Source: Eledone cirrhosa (lineage: Eukaryota). Taken from it: a stretch of DNA of 64,000 nt. Location of the stretch: assembly GCA_964016885.1 (NCBI GenBank), contig OZ024744.1:75020001-75084000 (forward strand), in the 5' to 3' direction. The notes under the pieces are model-generated. The model was not told where the DNA came from. It was given only the letters and a program-made list of their open reading frames with translations, and made no database searches. The translations under genes and the position numbers were made by a program. Of the stretch, positions 13,582 through 28,022 are shown piece after piece. Every line of letters starts with the position of its first letter. Position 1 is the first letter of the stretch.

Positions 13582-13680
13582 TTCTTAATTGGAATTGATA
13601 TTAATAACTCTTGAAAATATTTTACTGTAGAGTGCTTCCAATCTATTGTAGAACTCATTCATTGAATTTTGTTTAACTCT

Positions 13681-13767
<87 letters not shown>

Positions 13768-13833
13768 TGTATATATATATATATATATATATACACTCTA
13801 TATATATATATATACACTTTATATATATATATA

Positions 13834-13925
13834 TAATGTAGGAGGTGAGTTTTATTGTAGTACAATAAAGTAATGCAGATATCGGATAAGAAGCACTCTA
13901 CAGTTTGTAGGACTGGAGTATACAT
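13834..13925 (-). mobile_element. Solo 3' tail of foldback family A
   Basis: Reverse complement matches actccagtcctacaaactgtagagtgcttcttatccgatatctgc...ctcacctcctacatta. No arms or hammerhead. Confidence 0.85.
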
Positions 13926-14162
13926 AAATATATATATATATGCATACGGCACTGAATGTATCTGTGTTTATGTGTGTGTGTGTGTGTTTTCTCACCTAAA
14001 TGTATGTTGTATATGTTAAAATACGTCGGTTTAACTGTAAACGTTAGTCTATAAAAGTAATCTTATATACCTATTTTTATTCATCTACGTAGACTTACAT
14101 ACACACTCTGTCCAGCAAATACATATATGTACATATATACGTATATATATATATACATATAA

Positions 14163-14197
<35 letters not shown>

Positions 14198-14471
14198 AAT
14201 ATATATATGTACATATATATGTATATATATATATATATATGTACTTATATATATATATATATACATATATATGTATATATATATATATATATATATGTAC
14301 TTATATATATATATATATGTACATATATATGTATATATATATGTACATATATATGTATAAATATATATGTATATGTTATGCAGTTAGTTATGCATACTTG
14401 TATGTATATATAAATAAGTTTGCATGTATATTTGTACACACATACGCATATACACATACTCATACACGCAT

Positions 14472-14551
<80 letters not shown>

Positions 14552-14670
14552 CGAAGGAGAGAGAGAGAAAGTGAGAGAGAGAGAGAAAGAGAGAGAGCGA
14601 AAGAGAGAGTGAGAAAGTGATAAATAGATAGATACATAGAGACACATACACACACATATATATATAACGA

Positions 14671-14782
<112 letters not shown>

Positions 14783-15138
14783 GATTGATACATAGACAGA
14801 TACATTCATACATGCCCATCGTGTATGTGTATGTGTGCTGTACAATGTACAGCAATGTATACGTGTGTGTCTGTGAGTGGGTAAATGAATGAAAGTGTAT
14901 GTTTTTATTAATGCATCTAAACGCTATTAACTCTTTAACTCTATCTTCTCTGCTCCAGGAGATCAGATAATTAAGATATATCTAGCAACCACATGACAGG
15001 CCAGTGTCAAAAAAGGTCACTTCCCCACGAAGTTCACATGGGTGTTTAAAACATTTTGCACCTGCCCACACCGTTTAAGTGTCGAATCGAACAATAGAAA
15101 TCATACTTTATACGAGGCCTCACATACATCAGTTTGAG

Positions 15139-15199
<61 letters not shown>

Positions 15200-15252
15200 C
15201 TGTGTGTGTGTGTGTGTATGTATATATATATATATGTGTGTATGTATATTAA

Positions 15253-15286
<34 letters not shown>

Positions 15287-15401
15287 ATATATGTATATAT
15301 ATATATACTATATATATATATATAAATGCTATATATACACGTATTTGTGTGTGTACGTATGTATGTATATATGCATATATATGTATATATATGCATTTAT
15401 A

Positions 15402-15447
<46 letters not shown>

Positions 15448-15664
15448 TGAGAGAGAGAGATGAGAGACAGTGAGAGAGAGGGAAAAGAGAGAGGTGCATG
15501 TATGCGGGAAATTCACCTGTTAGATCGTGTTGTTTAATATATTCTTCATATCTCTCCGATTTTCTCTCTCTCACTCTCATTATATATATACATATATATA
15601 CACATATACATATATATACAAATATGCATATATATGTATATATACAAATATACGTATATAATCT

Positions 15665-15830
15665 TTAGATGGGTCTTTCTAAGAAAGTCCCATCTAAAGA
15701 TTAAAGTGGTAGAAAAGCCAGGAACTACCATAAAATCCCTGATCAGCAAGACATACCCCTTTAAGAAAACCCACTGTACAAATAAGAAATGTGTTATATG
15801 TAGAATGAACCCCCATATAAATTGTAGTCT
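15665..15830 (+). pseudogene. Penelope-like fragment (Zn-finger linker region)
   Basis: LKIKVVEKPGTTIKSLISKTYPFKKTHCTNKKCVICRMNPHINC aligns with LNIKIVERPGTSVKTLISKTYPFQRPSCIDKKCITCKISPHINC of the 858-1391 ORF. Confidence 0.85.
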
Positions 15831-16156
15831 ACGCCATTTTTATTTTATTGCGATAAAATAAAAATGGCATTACAATACAATACAATAGGGGAATCATGAT
15901 AATAGTACCATTGATGATGTTGCAGATGTGGAACGAAAGAACTTTGTTAGACTATATATATTTATATCTGTATTTTTGACCGTTGATAAACTTTGATGGC
16001 GAAATGAATTAACTATGGAGATTTTTAAAGATTCCTGTTTAACTTTCCTGGAAAACTTTCTCGCATTCGTCGGTGACAATTGTCAAACTGATATATATAT
16101 ATATATATTATAAAAAATAAACAAAGAAGCCTTCAATACATCAAAAGTCTTTATTA

Positions 16157-16197
16157 GCTGACAGTGTTTCGTCCCTTTAATAGGGACTCATCAGAGC
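16157..16197 (-). ncRNA. Minimal type I hammerhead ribozyme, intact core
   Basis: gct-CTGATGA-gtccct(attaa)agggac-GAAA-cactg-TC-agc. G-C pair at the base of stem II and a GUC cleavage triplet. Confidence 0.85.
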
Positions 16198-16612
16198 AAG
16201 TAAAGAGACAAGAAGCATTAACGGCCATAACAATCCAAAACTCAGAAGAACAGGGGAATTTATATCCATGAAAACTTAGGAAAGACAACATGGAAAGATA
16301 TTCTAAAGCTAAACGTGTGCATTTGCAAATATAGACTATAGGGTTAGAGAGCGAGTAATATGTCAAACCCACGTTGAAAGTACAGTATAAGACAAATACA
16401 TGAAACACAACATGGTAATACAATGTGAGAATTATAAGAATTATAATATGATATAGAATACAATATAACCCTATAGTCTATATTTGCAAATGCACACTTT
16501 TAGCTTTAGAATATCCTTCCATGTTGTCTTTCCTAAGTTTTCATGGATATAAATTCCCTGTTCTTCTGAGTTTTGGTTGTTATGGCCGTTAATGCTTCTT
16601 GTCTCTTCACTT

Positions 16613-16653
16613 GCTCTGATAAGTCCCTATTAAAGGGACGAAACACTGTCAGC
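16613..16653 (+). ncRNA. Type I hammerhead motif with core mutation (CTGATAA)
   Basis: gct-CTGATAA-gtccct(attaa)agggac-GAAA-cactg-TC-agc. Confidence 0.7.
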
Positions 16654-16821
16654 TAATAAAGACTTTTGATGTATTGAAGGCTTCTTTGTTTATTTTTTAT
16701 AATTTTACGTCTCTGTTGAATTACATTGAGCTATACCTTTACTGTCATTTCTCTTATACGACGAGTGTGTTTAACTCCAACGCACTCTAGTATTTTAATC
16801 TTATATATATATATATACATT

Positions 16822-16899
<78 letters not shown>

Positions 16900-16967
16900 G
16901 ATATATATATGCAGATATATATATGCAGATATATATATGTATATATATATATCTGCATATATATATC

Positions 16968-17053
<86 letters not shown>

Positions 17054-17073
17054 GATATATATATGCAGATATA

Positions 17074-17118
<45 letters not shown>

Positions 17119-17171
17119 ACACATACACACACACACAAACACCCACACACACACAGACTCACACACACACT

Positions 17172-17213
<42 letters not shown>

Positions 17214-18124
17214 AATATATATATATGTATAAATATATAATTTATGTGTGTGTGTGTGTGTGTGTGTTTGTGTGCGTGTGTGAGTGTGGAGGGTAGAGAG
17301 AAATAGGTAGAGAGAGTGAGAGAACAATTGTTTAGACAAATATGATTAAATCATTTAATAGATTTACAAACGTTGTGTTAGTCTAACAAGACTGAAGAGT
17401 CCATTCCTTGAAGAATAGCTCATCGGAATAAATTAAATAGAAATATTTTACATAACATGTTTTAAATTTCCAGTCGGTGAAATGGAAGAGCGATGATCTA
17501 AATAAGTTTTGAATATTGAAAAAAAAGCGTTAAAATTATAGAAGTCTAGAATAGTAATTAAAATTTATAAATGATAAAATATCTACGCTCAGTAATTAAA
17601 AATATTTCTGTAACTATAACATATCGTTAGAAAAGAATAACAAATACTAAAATAGAGCTAGATTTTTACTAATGGGATTTCGTAAATTAAATTATGAAAA
17701 TATTTATTAGAATAAACTAAAAGAACGTTAATATTTATGAAACCATAACACAATAATACATATATCAAAAATTAAAATAAAGCTTAAGAGACTAAGAAAT
17801 TTCATTGATTAAACTCTATCTGTTCAGAGGAGAAAAAAATACTTTTAACATAAGGTTGGGAATATAATATAGATAGGGTTACAATTATATGATAAATAGT
17901 TGGGTTAAAGTAAAACTTTTAGAACATGTGTGTATGTACGTGTGCACACGTGTGTTTATGCATATGTGAGTGTAAATTACAAATTAGGTTTCATTAAACA
18001 AAGTAGTTAAAAGGAAGTGTTAACAGATTTGAATTTTACAAGATCACTTAGCATAAGGAAATAGTATAAATGTAATATGATACTAATTTCCTAAGTGTTA
18101 ATAAAAATACATAAATAAGGGTAT

Positions 18125-18250
18125 TGTGAAGGCGCGTGGCTGAGTGGTTAGAGAATTGGATTCGCAATCGTGAGGTTGTGAGTACGATTACCGGACCGGC
18201 AAATGTGTTACGTCCTTGAGCAAGACACTTTATTTCACGTTGCTCCTTCT
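18125..18250 (+). mobile_element. tRNA-derived SINE 5' part (V-domain-like gtccttgagcaagacact)
   Basis: ggcgcgtggctgagtggttagag (A box), then a B-box-like segment, then gtccttgagcaagacactttatttcacgttgctcc. Confidence 0.7.
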
Positions 18251-18431
18251 ACCTGGAGTTGTGAACAATAGATAGTATTAGTAATTGGAAAGACCAATGG
18301 AAACATTGTTTCCACTGTCCGATTTGACGAAAGTCGATCGATTGTCGATATATATATATATATGAAGGTAATATGTATTTTTGATTGTTGTATGTATATA
18401 TATGTGTGTGTGTGTGTGTGTGGGTGTGTGT

Positions 18432-18468
<37 letters not shown>

Positions 18469-18759
18469 TGTGTGTTTGTGAAGGGAGAGAGAGATTGTGT
18501 GAATGTATATAAGCATGCCTACACCCAATTTTTTTTTTCATAACTACTGACGTGAAGTAAACTCGTGTTTCATCCTTTTATGTCAAAGAAGTATAACTTA
18601 ATCATTCCATAATTATAAATTGTAAACTTTAAAAATGGTTTGAGGCTGATATGATTAACTATGCATGAAGCACCTGTATAAGACCACAAAAAACAAAGCA
18701 TGGATGCTTCAATAAATTCATACATAATTATACATATACCACATGTGTAATAAACTTAC

Positions 18760-18904
18760 TTTGTGGACAGATTTAACACCATCACCTGAGTCCTGAGTAC
18801 CTTTATCGAAGTCATCTCTGCTGTAAGTTAGTTTTCGAAGTAGGTTTGCTGTTAGGGAAGATATCACTATGTCCTTCCGCCATCTCCCAACAATCTGGGA
18901 AGAT
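18760..18904 (-). CDS. Candidate internal exon of an unidentified host gene
   Basis: tttcag acceptor and AAA|gtaagt donor; 145 nt. One open frame: SSQIVGRWRKDIVISSLTANLLRKLTYSRDDFDKGTQDSGDGVKSVHK. No homology recognised. Confidence 0.3.
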
Positions 18905-21169
18905 CTGAAATGAATGATGGTCGGCACTACCATTCCCTCTTTGTATACACAGAAATATACACTCACACACGTGCATATCCCATATATATAAGTGTATGTT
19001 TAGGAACCCTCTAGAATGCAGATGGTATTGAAAATATTGACGTAACAAAGAAGAAACATACAAGAATCGAGATATTAGTGATATTTATTACTCACGATAT
19101 ATTTCTGATTTCTGATAAATAGTCAGTGTCAAAGAAGTTGTTGGGAAATTCGGAAGTATCGTAGAATACTCTTGATCGGTAGAATATTTCATAGAGAGCT
19201 TACGTTTGAGTTGTAACAGAGTCCCGCATGCGTGACAGAATCATTGAGGTGTATTTTTTGTCATAGAGTTTGGCAATTTTGGAACATTGTAGCGCTTGTC
19301 CCATCGAGGGGTGGCAACGAATTTGGCATGTTTGTTGTGTTTTTGTCAATTTTGTTTTTAATTCAACGTTTTAAAGGAATAATAAGAATAATATCCATGA
19401 TTCACTTCGGTTTCTAATTAATTCGATTGTATTTCTTACCTTCAATTAGATTTTGTTGTTTCTAGGTATGAAGTCATTATTGTGTTCACTCTGAATTTCA
19501 CTTGTATCAATTCAGGGATAATCTCTTCCATCGACTAAAAGAATTTTGTGAGAAAATCCTTTGAAATTAAAATATATTTCGATAATTATTTCATCCCTCT
19601 TTTCATATCTAAGCTTCCCGAAAAGTTCATTCCTAATTATTATAATTTTATATTCTTTTAATTTTCTGTATAATGTTATACAATGCGTTTGTAACGGCAT
19701 GTCAAAATAATTTTTCCACATCTTAAAGTCCTTGACAGATTATCAAAATTCCAAAGAAATATTGTCCCATGAACTCCTAAAATATCATGCATGATAATGA
19801 CGAAATATTATAATAGTTTTTGTTGTTGTTTATTTATCTATTTAGTGTCTTCTTTATATCCGGATTGTCACCAAGAGCGTGTTTTCAAGAATCCTTTTGA
19901 AAAAAAACAGGCACGATGTTTAATCATTTTTCACTTTGTAATTGTAATTAGAAAATTGAGACATTTGTGCTTTGAGGCATTTCTTCTATAAACATTGTCA
20001 AAATAAAATATATGAAATATTGCATGCGATGAATTGGTCGTGATGTTTCCACATATTGAGGCGTATACAGATTTTTCTCCGAGAACCGTGCCACTAATGT
20101 CTCGTGGGAATCTTAAAACTAGTGTGTTGCTTTCTATGGAAGCTAATTTCAGGAACTGAAACTTCAGATCGAATATGAATTTAACGATATGAAAACTAAT
20201 CAAAAGAAACATGTTTTTGACACTATTTCAGAACAGTTAGAAAATTGCAACAAACAAAACGGGAGTGGTATGGAATTCTTAAAATATAATACTTCCGTGT
20301 GGACCTTTGAACGAAATACCTAACGCTTTCCAAACGAATGCAATACCGAAACTGGATTTTAAAATAGCCAATTAACATTTATAAACGTTAGGAGAGTCCC
20401 CTGTGGTACAAAAGATTTTAACTTTATCTTATTTTAACCCGTACTACTGAGATGTTGTACTGGTTCGATTACACATTAATGTTATGAGGAAAACATTCCA
20501 TTGATTGAATAAGTGGAATGCCCATCTTCGAAATTGGCGGTGGTCAATTTCTGTGATTGTGTAAATATGTCTTTCTTTTTATCTAACTGTGTGTCAATTT
20601 GTTTTCCATTCACAACCCTGTATATTCATCTATTTATATTATATATCTATTTATATATATCTATTGGTTTTCCGTAGATCGCATGAGATCAATGGAACTG
20701 CATTAGAAAGTTCCTCTCTAAGGAGGTGATTTAGGAAAGTTATTTTATTTTACCTTTTAAGCGAGCGGAAGCTCTACAATCATCCATGCATGCAGTTATC
20801 CATGCTCTCTGTGACCGATGTTGTCAAAACGAAAAGTATGGGTCTCTACGACTTGGCACAAGTAATATCGATATCGAACTCAGAACATTCTAATGCTAAC
20901 AAATTTCCCAATCCAGTACAATAAAGAAATATATTAGTTTAACACTCGACATAGTAGGAAAAGGGTTTCAATATTTCGGACACTATTCCTTTATCAGAAG
21001 GTAGAATGAGAAATAAAAGATGAAATAGAAAGATAGTGAGTGATAAAAGGATGGAACTGATTTTTTTTTTTTTTTTTTTTTTTAATGAAAAAATCAGACA
21101 TTATTTTAGAAAAAAAATAGTCATATACATATATACGTGTCAGACAAATGCCCTGCCATGTATATTTCG

Positions 21170-21490
21170 ACTATTCAGAGTTTTTGAGTTGAAATCCCGC
21201 TGTGGTGAAAGTTAGCTTTTCATCTTACACGGACACTATTAAATAAAGCTATTAATCTGTTTCAAATTTGTTAGCCTTATGACTAAATTACCCAAACCAT
21301 TGGATTGGCAGTATCGGTAGAGGGTCGGACACCATGCTTTGGAGCATAGAATTACGGCCCTTTAGGATCTGAGTTCAAATCCCACCGAAGTTAACTTTGC
21401 CTTTCATCCTTATGCGGTCGATAAAATAAAGTACCAGTAATTTACTGTGATAATTGCTGACCTTGTGCCAAAAGTAGAAACAATTATTAC
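21170..21490 (+). mobile_element. MetaSINE-like tRNA SINEs (degenerate copy about 21170-21290; better copy about 21300-21490)
   Basis: ggattggcagtatcggtagag...ctgagttcaaatccc...tttgcctttcatccttatgcggtcgataaaataaagtaccagt...ccttgtgccaaaagtagaaacaattatt. Confidence 0.75.
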
Positions 21491-21513
21491 TAACATTTAG
21501 TAGTAGTAGCAGC

Positions 21514-21545
<32 letters not shown>

Positions 21546-21562
21546 CAGCAGTAGTAGTAGTG

Positions 21563-21610
<48 letters not shown>

Positions 21611-22042
21611 ATGGTGGTGGTGGTGTTGATGGTGGTGGTAGTTTTTTTGTTATTTTGTTTTAGTTCTTATTACAGACGTCCAAACTTGCCCGAAGCCAAA
21701 TATTCATTGTCTTCTGACCAGTGTGGTCACGCGCATAAACACCTGACCTTGTTCTAATTTCTCCTATTCATGCTTCACTTAATTTCTAAAGGTAGAAATC
21801 ATAAAAAAATTTCGTGTTTTATTTTTCTTCTTTACTTTTACATTAGTGAAAAAACAACAAGATATAAAATGAAAATATATAAAACAAGATGGTAGAAAAT
21901 AAAACCCCCAAAAAACAAACAGACAGAAAAAAAATCAATGAATTTGTGTATAGGGTAAATAGGGTCATCAGCATCGTCGTCGTCATCGTCATCATCTTTA
22001 TCATAATTACTGTGATCATCCTGATCATCATCAACGTCAACA

Positions 22043-22290
22043 GTTCTGCTGCACGAGGAGGCCAAACTCTCCAAGTACCGATCGCTCTCCGACAGGTTTG
22101 CAGTCGTGCCCTTAGCAGTGGAGACTTCTGGTGTCCTTGGCCCTAGGGCTACGTCCCTACTTAGCACCATAGGCGCTGAGATGGCTAGCCGCAGGTGTGA
22201 GCCTCGCGAGTTGGAATGGCTCTTCCAGCGCAACTCCCTTACCTTCCTCCGGCGAAACGCCTTCTCCATTCTGTCCACTGGGGCTGTAGG
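22043..22290 (+). pseudogene. C-terminal RLE fragment of a CRE-type non-LTR retrotransposon
   Basis: EEAKLSKYRSLSDRFAVVPLAVETSGVLGPRATSLL...WLFQRNSLTFLRRNAFSIL matches the K..KY...PLAVET.G..G...FQR.S....RGNA pattern. Starts at an (ATC/GTC)n tract. Confidence 0.7.
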
Positions 22291-22654
22291 GAGGCCAGCA
22301 CGTGGGACCCCATTTGGTCACCATACGGAGAGATGGGGAGGGCGAGAGAGATGCAGGCGATAACAGTGGGAGTCCGGCACTTCCACGTTCGGACCATATC
22401 CTTGCGGTTGTGTTCATCAAGCCCTAGTGCAGTAATGAAATTAAATGCCTCAATGATAACTTATATAAGTCTGTATACCTATAGCAGAAGAAAAATCAAC
22501 TGCTTGAACATATAGTACGATAAGTGCAGTTGATATAAAGTCAAAAGACATAACAGCATAAATATCACCCATCATCATTTCAGTTTCACTGTTCGAAAGG
22601 GTGAAAATAAGTAAATCTTCTTCAGCCAAGATGATAAGAGACTGAGTGTCTTCC

Positions 22655-22958
22655 CTAGAGCACCCGCGAAGGGTGAAAAACCGCGAATATTGCACGTGAT
22701 CTAAAAAAAATACCTATAAACGTCAGAACGTGACGTAAGATATAGGCTGGCAAATACGGTATATTTTCATTAATAATTTAGCGTTAAAAAGCGTGAATAT
22801 ATATATATATATATATTGCCACGAAAAACACATTAAAAAGTCGTGGAAGATATTTACGATTCCGTGAATATACGGTAGTTTCCACGAACGATTATTACTT
22901 AGGTTCTAAGGAAAATTTTGCGAATAACCGGGACCGCGAATGCCGGAGGTACACTGTA
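22655..22958. mobile_element. Possible Tc1/pogo(Tigger)-type MITE remnant
   Basis: Repeated ccgcgaa motifs and a terminus ...ggaggtacactg|TA. The left TIR is not clearly found. Confidence 0.3.
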
Positions 22959-23460
22959 TTCTTATATATGAGAATGCAAAATTTGGATGAAGAGGATACC
23001 AGGAATCTCTTCAGAATTTCTTTTAATAGTTTCTATGAAAAGAGAGAATTTAGACACTATCGCAATGAGAAGATACTCGTGAGGTGCATCGGATGTTCCA
23101 AGAACAAATAGTAATAAAATTCCTGATTTCGAACTGTTAAAACAATTTAATGGATTTTCCATGTTAACATGGGGTGATTAAGAGTGGAATGTATAAACAT
23201 AAATTGTCAGGGTTTGGCATGAAGCATCAGCCTGGCCAGTATTATCGATACTCACTCGTTCTACCTTTGTTTGCAAAATCTACGCCTCTTTCGATTGGTC
23301 AAAACAGTGATTTTACTGTGCCTTTCGAGGAGAGGCGGGTCTGCATATGTTCCGCAAACATGCTCAGGTATTTCTAATTGATAGATATACTTTAGGTTGC
23401 CCGAATGCATCAATCTGAACCTGAAAGATCTGCGACGAGTTATTCAAGAGATACTTAGAA

Positions 23461-23603
23461 ATAATTGTTTCTACTTTAGGCACAAGGCCAGCAATTACCC
23501 AGTGCATTACTGGTACTTTATTTTATCGACCCCGTAAGGATGAAAGGCAAAGTCAACCTCGGTAGGATTTGAACTCAGATCGTAAAGGGACGTAACTATG
23601 CTG
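23461..23603 (-). mobile_element. MetaSINE-like SINE, 5'-truncated
   Basis: Reverse complement is nearly identical to 48801-48952. Confidence 0.75.
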
Positions 23604-26449
23604 GAACGTCCCTTACGATCTTAGATACTTAGAAATAATGGTTCACTAAGTTAATCAACAAATATAGTGTAGTATCTTTACAAGATTAGGTTGTTCGCTA
23701 TAAAGTGCATACATCCATGATATTTACACTCAACATAGACACGAGTGATAAACATTCTCGAGTATTGGAGACAGAATGCATCTTTCACGTCAAGGAAAAC
23801 TTTCAGAGAATAGATTAACGAATTAGTTAAGAACATGTGACAATCTAAACCAAACCTGTCAGTTTTGGCAACATTGTAAGAATATAGAACACCAAATTAG
23901 AAAAAGAGGAGCTCGTCAACAGATTAAAAAAGCTAATAGAAACGTTATCACTTACGATCTGTATGTGGTAAGAATAGCTTTTCAGCAATACTTCAATGCT
24001 AAACAGAATGTTTACTCTGAAACACAAGGGTGCGAAGGTACCTGGTTGACAACGGTAGAGTGTACGTACTATCAAATTCCAAGCAAAGGAGTTCAGGTTA
24101 TTTATCACAATTTTGCTGAAATGTTCGTAAGGAGTGGCGGACTAGAGAGGACAAAAAATGCAAATTGAGGCAAAATACCGTCTTGAGGAGCTTGTCCAGA
24201 AACACATTTCTAAAACGATTTTCTGTCCTATGAAGTGTATTGTTACATATCAGAACAGTCTTCTACAGACTTGGCTGTTGTCTATTGCAACAAGTACTAT
24301 CTTATCTTTCAAATTAGAAAACACCTTATCGAAAACCTTTTTCTGCCTTAGTGCTGAAGAATGTCCTTTGACACCACTCATGGAAATTTTAATGGCTGGC
24401 TAACTTCAAATTTCTCATCTCTTGACATTTCCGTTGCTTGTAATTTTACTTACAGTATTGTTACAACATATATTTTTTTCTTTCCTTACATCTATTCAGC
24501 CAATGTCTTTCCAAATATAGATAGTAATCAATATTTCTTCTTTGAGGTTGTTTACTGCTTGTAGACTTTGGGTGTTCTCTATAAACTAATGTTTTTTAAA
24601 GAAAAATATCATATCTTCTAAACGTTGCACGGTTGTTCTTTTAAGCTAATTATATTAGTTATATTTCGCGTTTTAAACAATACATGTTTTCTTTACATCC
24701 ATACTTACAATATATGTGTGTATACTGAAGATTGTTTTCACTAATATCGTACGTCAGAAATGAAATTTTCGTTTTTTATACGGTAATCTTTTAAATTAAA
24801 TTACCACCTTCATATAATAGAGTGTAAAACTACAAACGACCAGATTACTAACAGAATTAACAATTGCCATTGGAAGTATTCGCTTTGAATATGGTGTTTC
24901 ATACTTAGAGGCTACCGCCTCTTCGTTATGCGGGTTTTTCATGGCATTTTTATTTTATTTTGTTTTCACACTCAAGGCTTCTGCAATTTTGGAGTCTGTA
25001 TTTTTTTATACCTATATGTATTAAATTTATCTCGTTGTAAACAAATAAATGTATTACGTTATATGCCTGATAAGAACAGATTGACTCGACCTGTTAGAAG
25101 CAGTAAACCAATCAGCCTTAAAACGTATCTTAAGGTTTAATTTGGATAATACACATATAATAGTCTAGTCCCTGATACACTATATCTGAAAACTTAAACG
25201 AAAACAAAAAAGCAAAAGCTTTCTGCAATGGACAAGTATAATATCAATATCTTTCTCAACACAATTTAATATCGATGTGATGTAAAATGGCCCCAAATGA
25301 GAATTAAAACCCGCATCACGATTGTGACTTGGCCTAAAATAACTTCTTGCTGTAGAGCGATTAAAAGAGGAATAAGTTTAATAGTGATTTTTTTAAACTT
25401 TTACATAAGATGAGAAATATTTCGATGGAGTACGTTATAGTAAACACTAGAATATTCAAGAAAATAGGCTCAATTCCAAACAAGATTAATATCAATAATT
25501 ATTTGTCGATCTAAAATCGTTTCATTGTTTCTTGTATTGTGAAATCCAGGTTTATTAAGATATTTCACTCAAAAAGACAAAAATAAAAAAAGATTAGTTG
25601 TATAATAGGCTGAAACATTCTTATATAACCAACTACAGTATTGTCACATAAACTATTACGACAGAAAAAATGTTTATTCTGATAAAATTAAAATACAAAG
25701 AGTACAATAATCTTACTGTAAATCTTAAGGTAAATTTGGTCAAATAGTTCAAATGTTTTTGTGGGACTAAGTGATCAGGTTAATAAAATCATACACATGT
25801 TTTCAACGGGGCAGAATAGATTGTGGTTTGAGAAGACGTAAAGTAAAGAAAAATGAAGTGAATTCAAAGTGAGTTAAACTATGTTTTATAAAGCAATGAA
25901 AAGCACATCATAGAAGTAATACGTTGATATTTGGAATATTACAGCATAAGTTAGCAGTTGATATTTTAAAATGTCACTATGCAAATTTTTTGCTTATTCC
26001 CCACAAACACAAAATGCATCGGGAGAAAAATGATGTTATCTTCAAAATTGCTATATGCCCTTTAACATTTGAAAAGCTAACATGACATATCAACTAAAGC
26101 AATAGAAATCTTACTCAATTCAGTTGCCTATAGAAAGTCACTATCAATGAAATCCTTTCTGAAAAACAACTAAACTGAACTAATTCAATGTGTGTATTCT
26201 ATCAATAAATAGATTGAATACCGTGTAATTCGAAAGCTCTTTGAATATCAACAAATATTTCAGTCACAAGGTAACCTTGATATAATTATTTTGCAAATTG
26301 CAGAACGTTGAAATTTCCATATAACTATATTTTCCATCTATATGAGGATAACCGGATATAGCTATATGTCGATAGATTTTCCACATCTTAGAATTAAACA
26401 AATTTTATTTCTATTAGAAAATGTATTTGTCTGCATTCCTCTGCTTAAA

Positions 26450-26620
26450 ATTATTATTATTATTGCTGTTGCCATGGTCATCATCATCATCACCATAATC
26501 ACTACCATCGCCACCACCACCACCACCACCACCGTCATCATCATCATCATTATCATCATCATCATCATCATCATCACCATCACCATCATCATCATCATCA
26601 TCATCATCATCATAATTATC
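26450..26620. repeat. (ATC)/(ACC) trinucleotide microsatellite
   Basis: Direct inspection. Confidence 0.9.
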
Positions 26621-26685
26621 AACGGTAACAGGTCTGAGTGCATTGCGCATGCGCATTGATGTTTCTAATGTATTCAGATTACTTT

Positions 26686-28022
26686 TCATGATAAGTGTGC
26701 AGTAACTAGTCGTACTATTTTATGTATTTTGTATATATTTGCTAGTCCCAAGGATTTGGTTGCGTATCTATCTGTTATTTGTTTATTCAGAGCACCTATT
26801 ATCATCAATATTGTTTTTCTTTTTATTTTATCATTCATTTTCGGATTATTTCTGTTAATTTCTCCATTCCCTTGATAGATATAATTCGTCTCTTTAAGTG
26901 GCTCATATTTCTCTGTCTTTACATGCTCTTTATCCTTCACTATACTATCTCTTGGGATATATACATCGATAATTTGTTTTTCTTTTTGTTCACAAATAAA
27001 ATGCTTCAATCGTAATGTTGCATTTAATGGTGAAGTCCCCCAAAGCTTAAATTCGTCATTCACTAGCACATTTAATGATATTTCTCAGATATCATCCAAT
27101 GGATATATCTGGCAACATTATCATGTCTTTTGTACTCATGGCTGACCCTTTCTCCTTTTGCTCCACACATTCTATATATAGGTGATTTTATTGCTTTGTC
27201 AACATAATGTTTAATGTAGTTAGTTCGAAGTGCCTGCTCCTGGATGCTGCAAACCAGAGCTTCAATGCATCCTTTCAGATCGCCATTTTTAAACGACCAC
27301 CAGCTCTTTTCCCAATCAATGCCTACTTTATCCCTAATGTAAATGTACTACCATGCATAAGTTTATCCTTCTATTCCTTTTCAAGTTTTGTTTTCACTCT
27401 CTTTCATTAGGTGCTACTGCATAAATAGATTTCAGTGGGTCGAGTTCTTTTACTTTCGACATAGTGGTACGCCTTACATTTTTAAGATACCAATCTAGGT
27501 TGTTTTCTTCACTTTTGACACAATTTTCACAACTTATTAGTCCTCTACCTCCTTTCTTTCTTCCAACATAAAGTCTTGCGATATTCTTTAGGTGAAGTTC
27601 TTTACGCACTGTTATCAATTTCCTAGTATCAATACTTTCCAATCCATCTTTCCTCCTTTTAAGGGGATGAGAGACACAGTCCATGGACTCGTTGCCTTGA
27701 TCTTATTACTTCCATTCAATTTATACGACATTACAAATCACGCCTACATAAGGTACTCTTTTTAAACATCTTCATTTCTTTCTCGTTGATCTTATCCAGC
27801 TCAAAGACTCCCAAATATTAGTATATTTCCTCTCCCACTTCTTCGCAAGCTCAATACCTCTCTCTATTCTTTGATAGTTTTCCACGTTTTAGAGTTATAA
27901 CACCTCATTTTTTTTATCCCAAAGTCCATTCCAATATCCTGGCTAAATAGGCTTCAGTAGAATTTTAGCTGTCAATTTAAACTTCTTTTTTTTTTTTGCA
28001 AATAACTTTAAATCATCCATGA
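26686..28022 (-). pseudogene. Degenerate R4/Dong-type RLE retrotransposon (RT C-terminus to RLE)
   Basis: MDDLKLF at about 28000-28022, RLYVGRKKGGRGLISCENCV, and KTEKYEPLK...IIGAL...HKIVRLVTAHL. Many stops and frameshifts. Confidence 0.75.

Larger units (their letters stand above)
16107..16802. mobile_element. Foldback element family B (about 240-bp arms, 119-bp spacer, about 100-bp tail; hammerhead in each arm)
   Basis: Arms 16107-16346 and 16466-16703. Tail 16704-16802. (TA)n on both flanks. Confidence 0.85.

Noticed and set aside
18125-18205. tRNA gene
   Set aside because: Degenerate cloverleaf continuing into a SINE core, so it is a SINE head.
19500-20300. Possible decayed PLE RT on the minus strand (SGTVLGEKSVYASI)
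   Set aside because: The similarity is too weak to support by eye and needs a frameshift-aware search.
20965-21000. Minus-strand hammerhead-like CTGATAA-agga...tcc-GAAA
   Set aside because: The core is mutated, and there is no convincing stem I or cleavage site.
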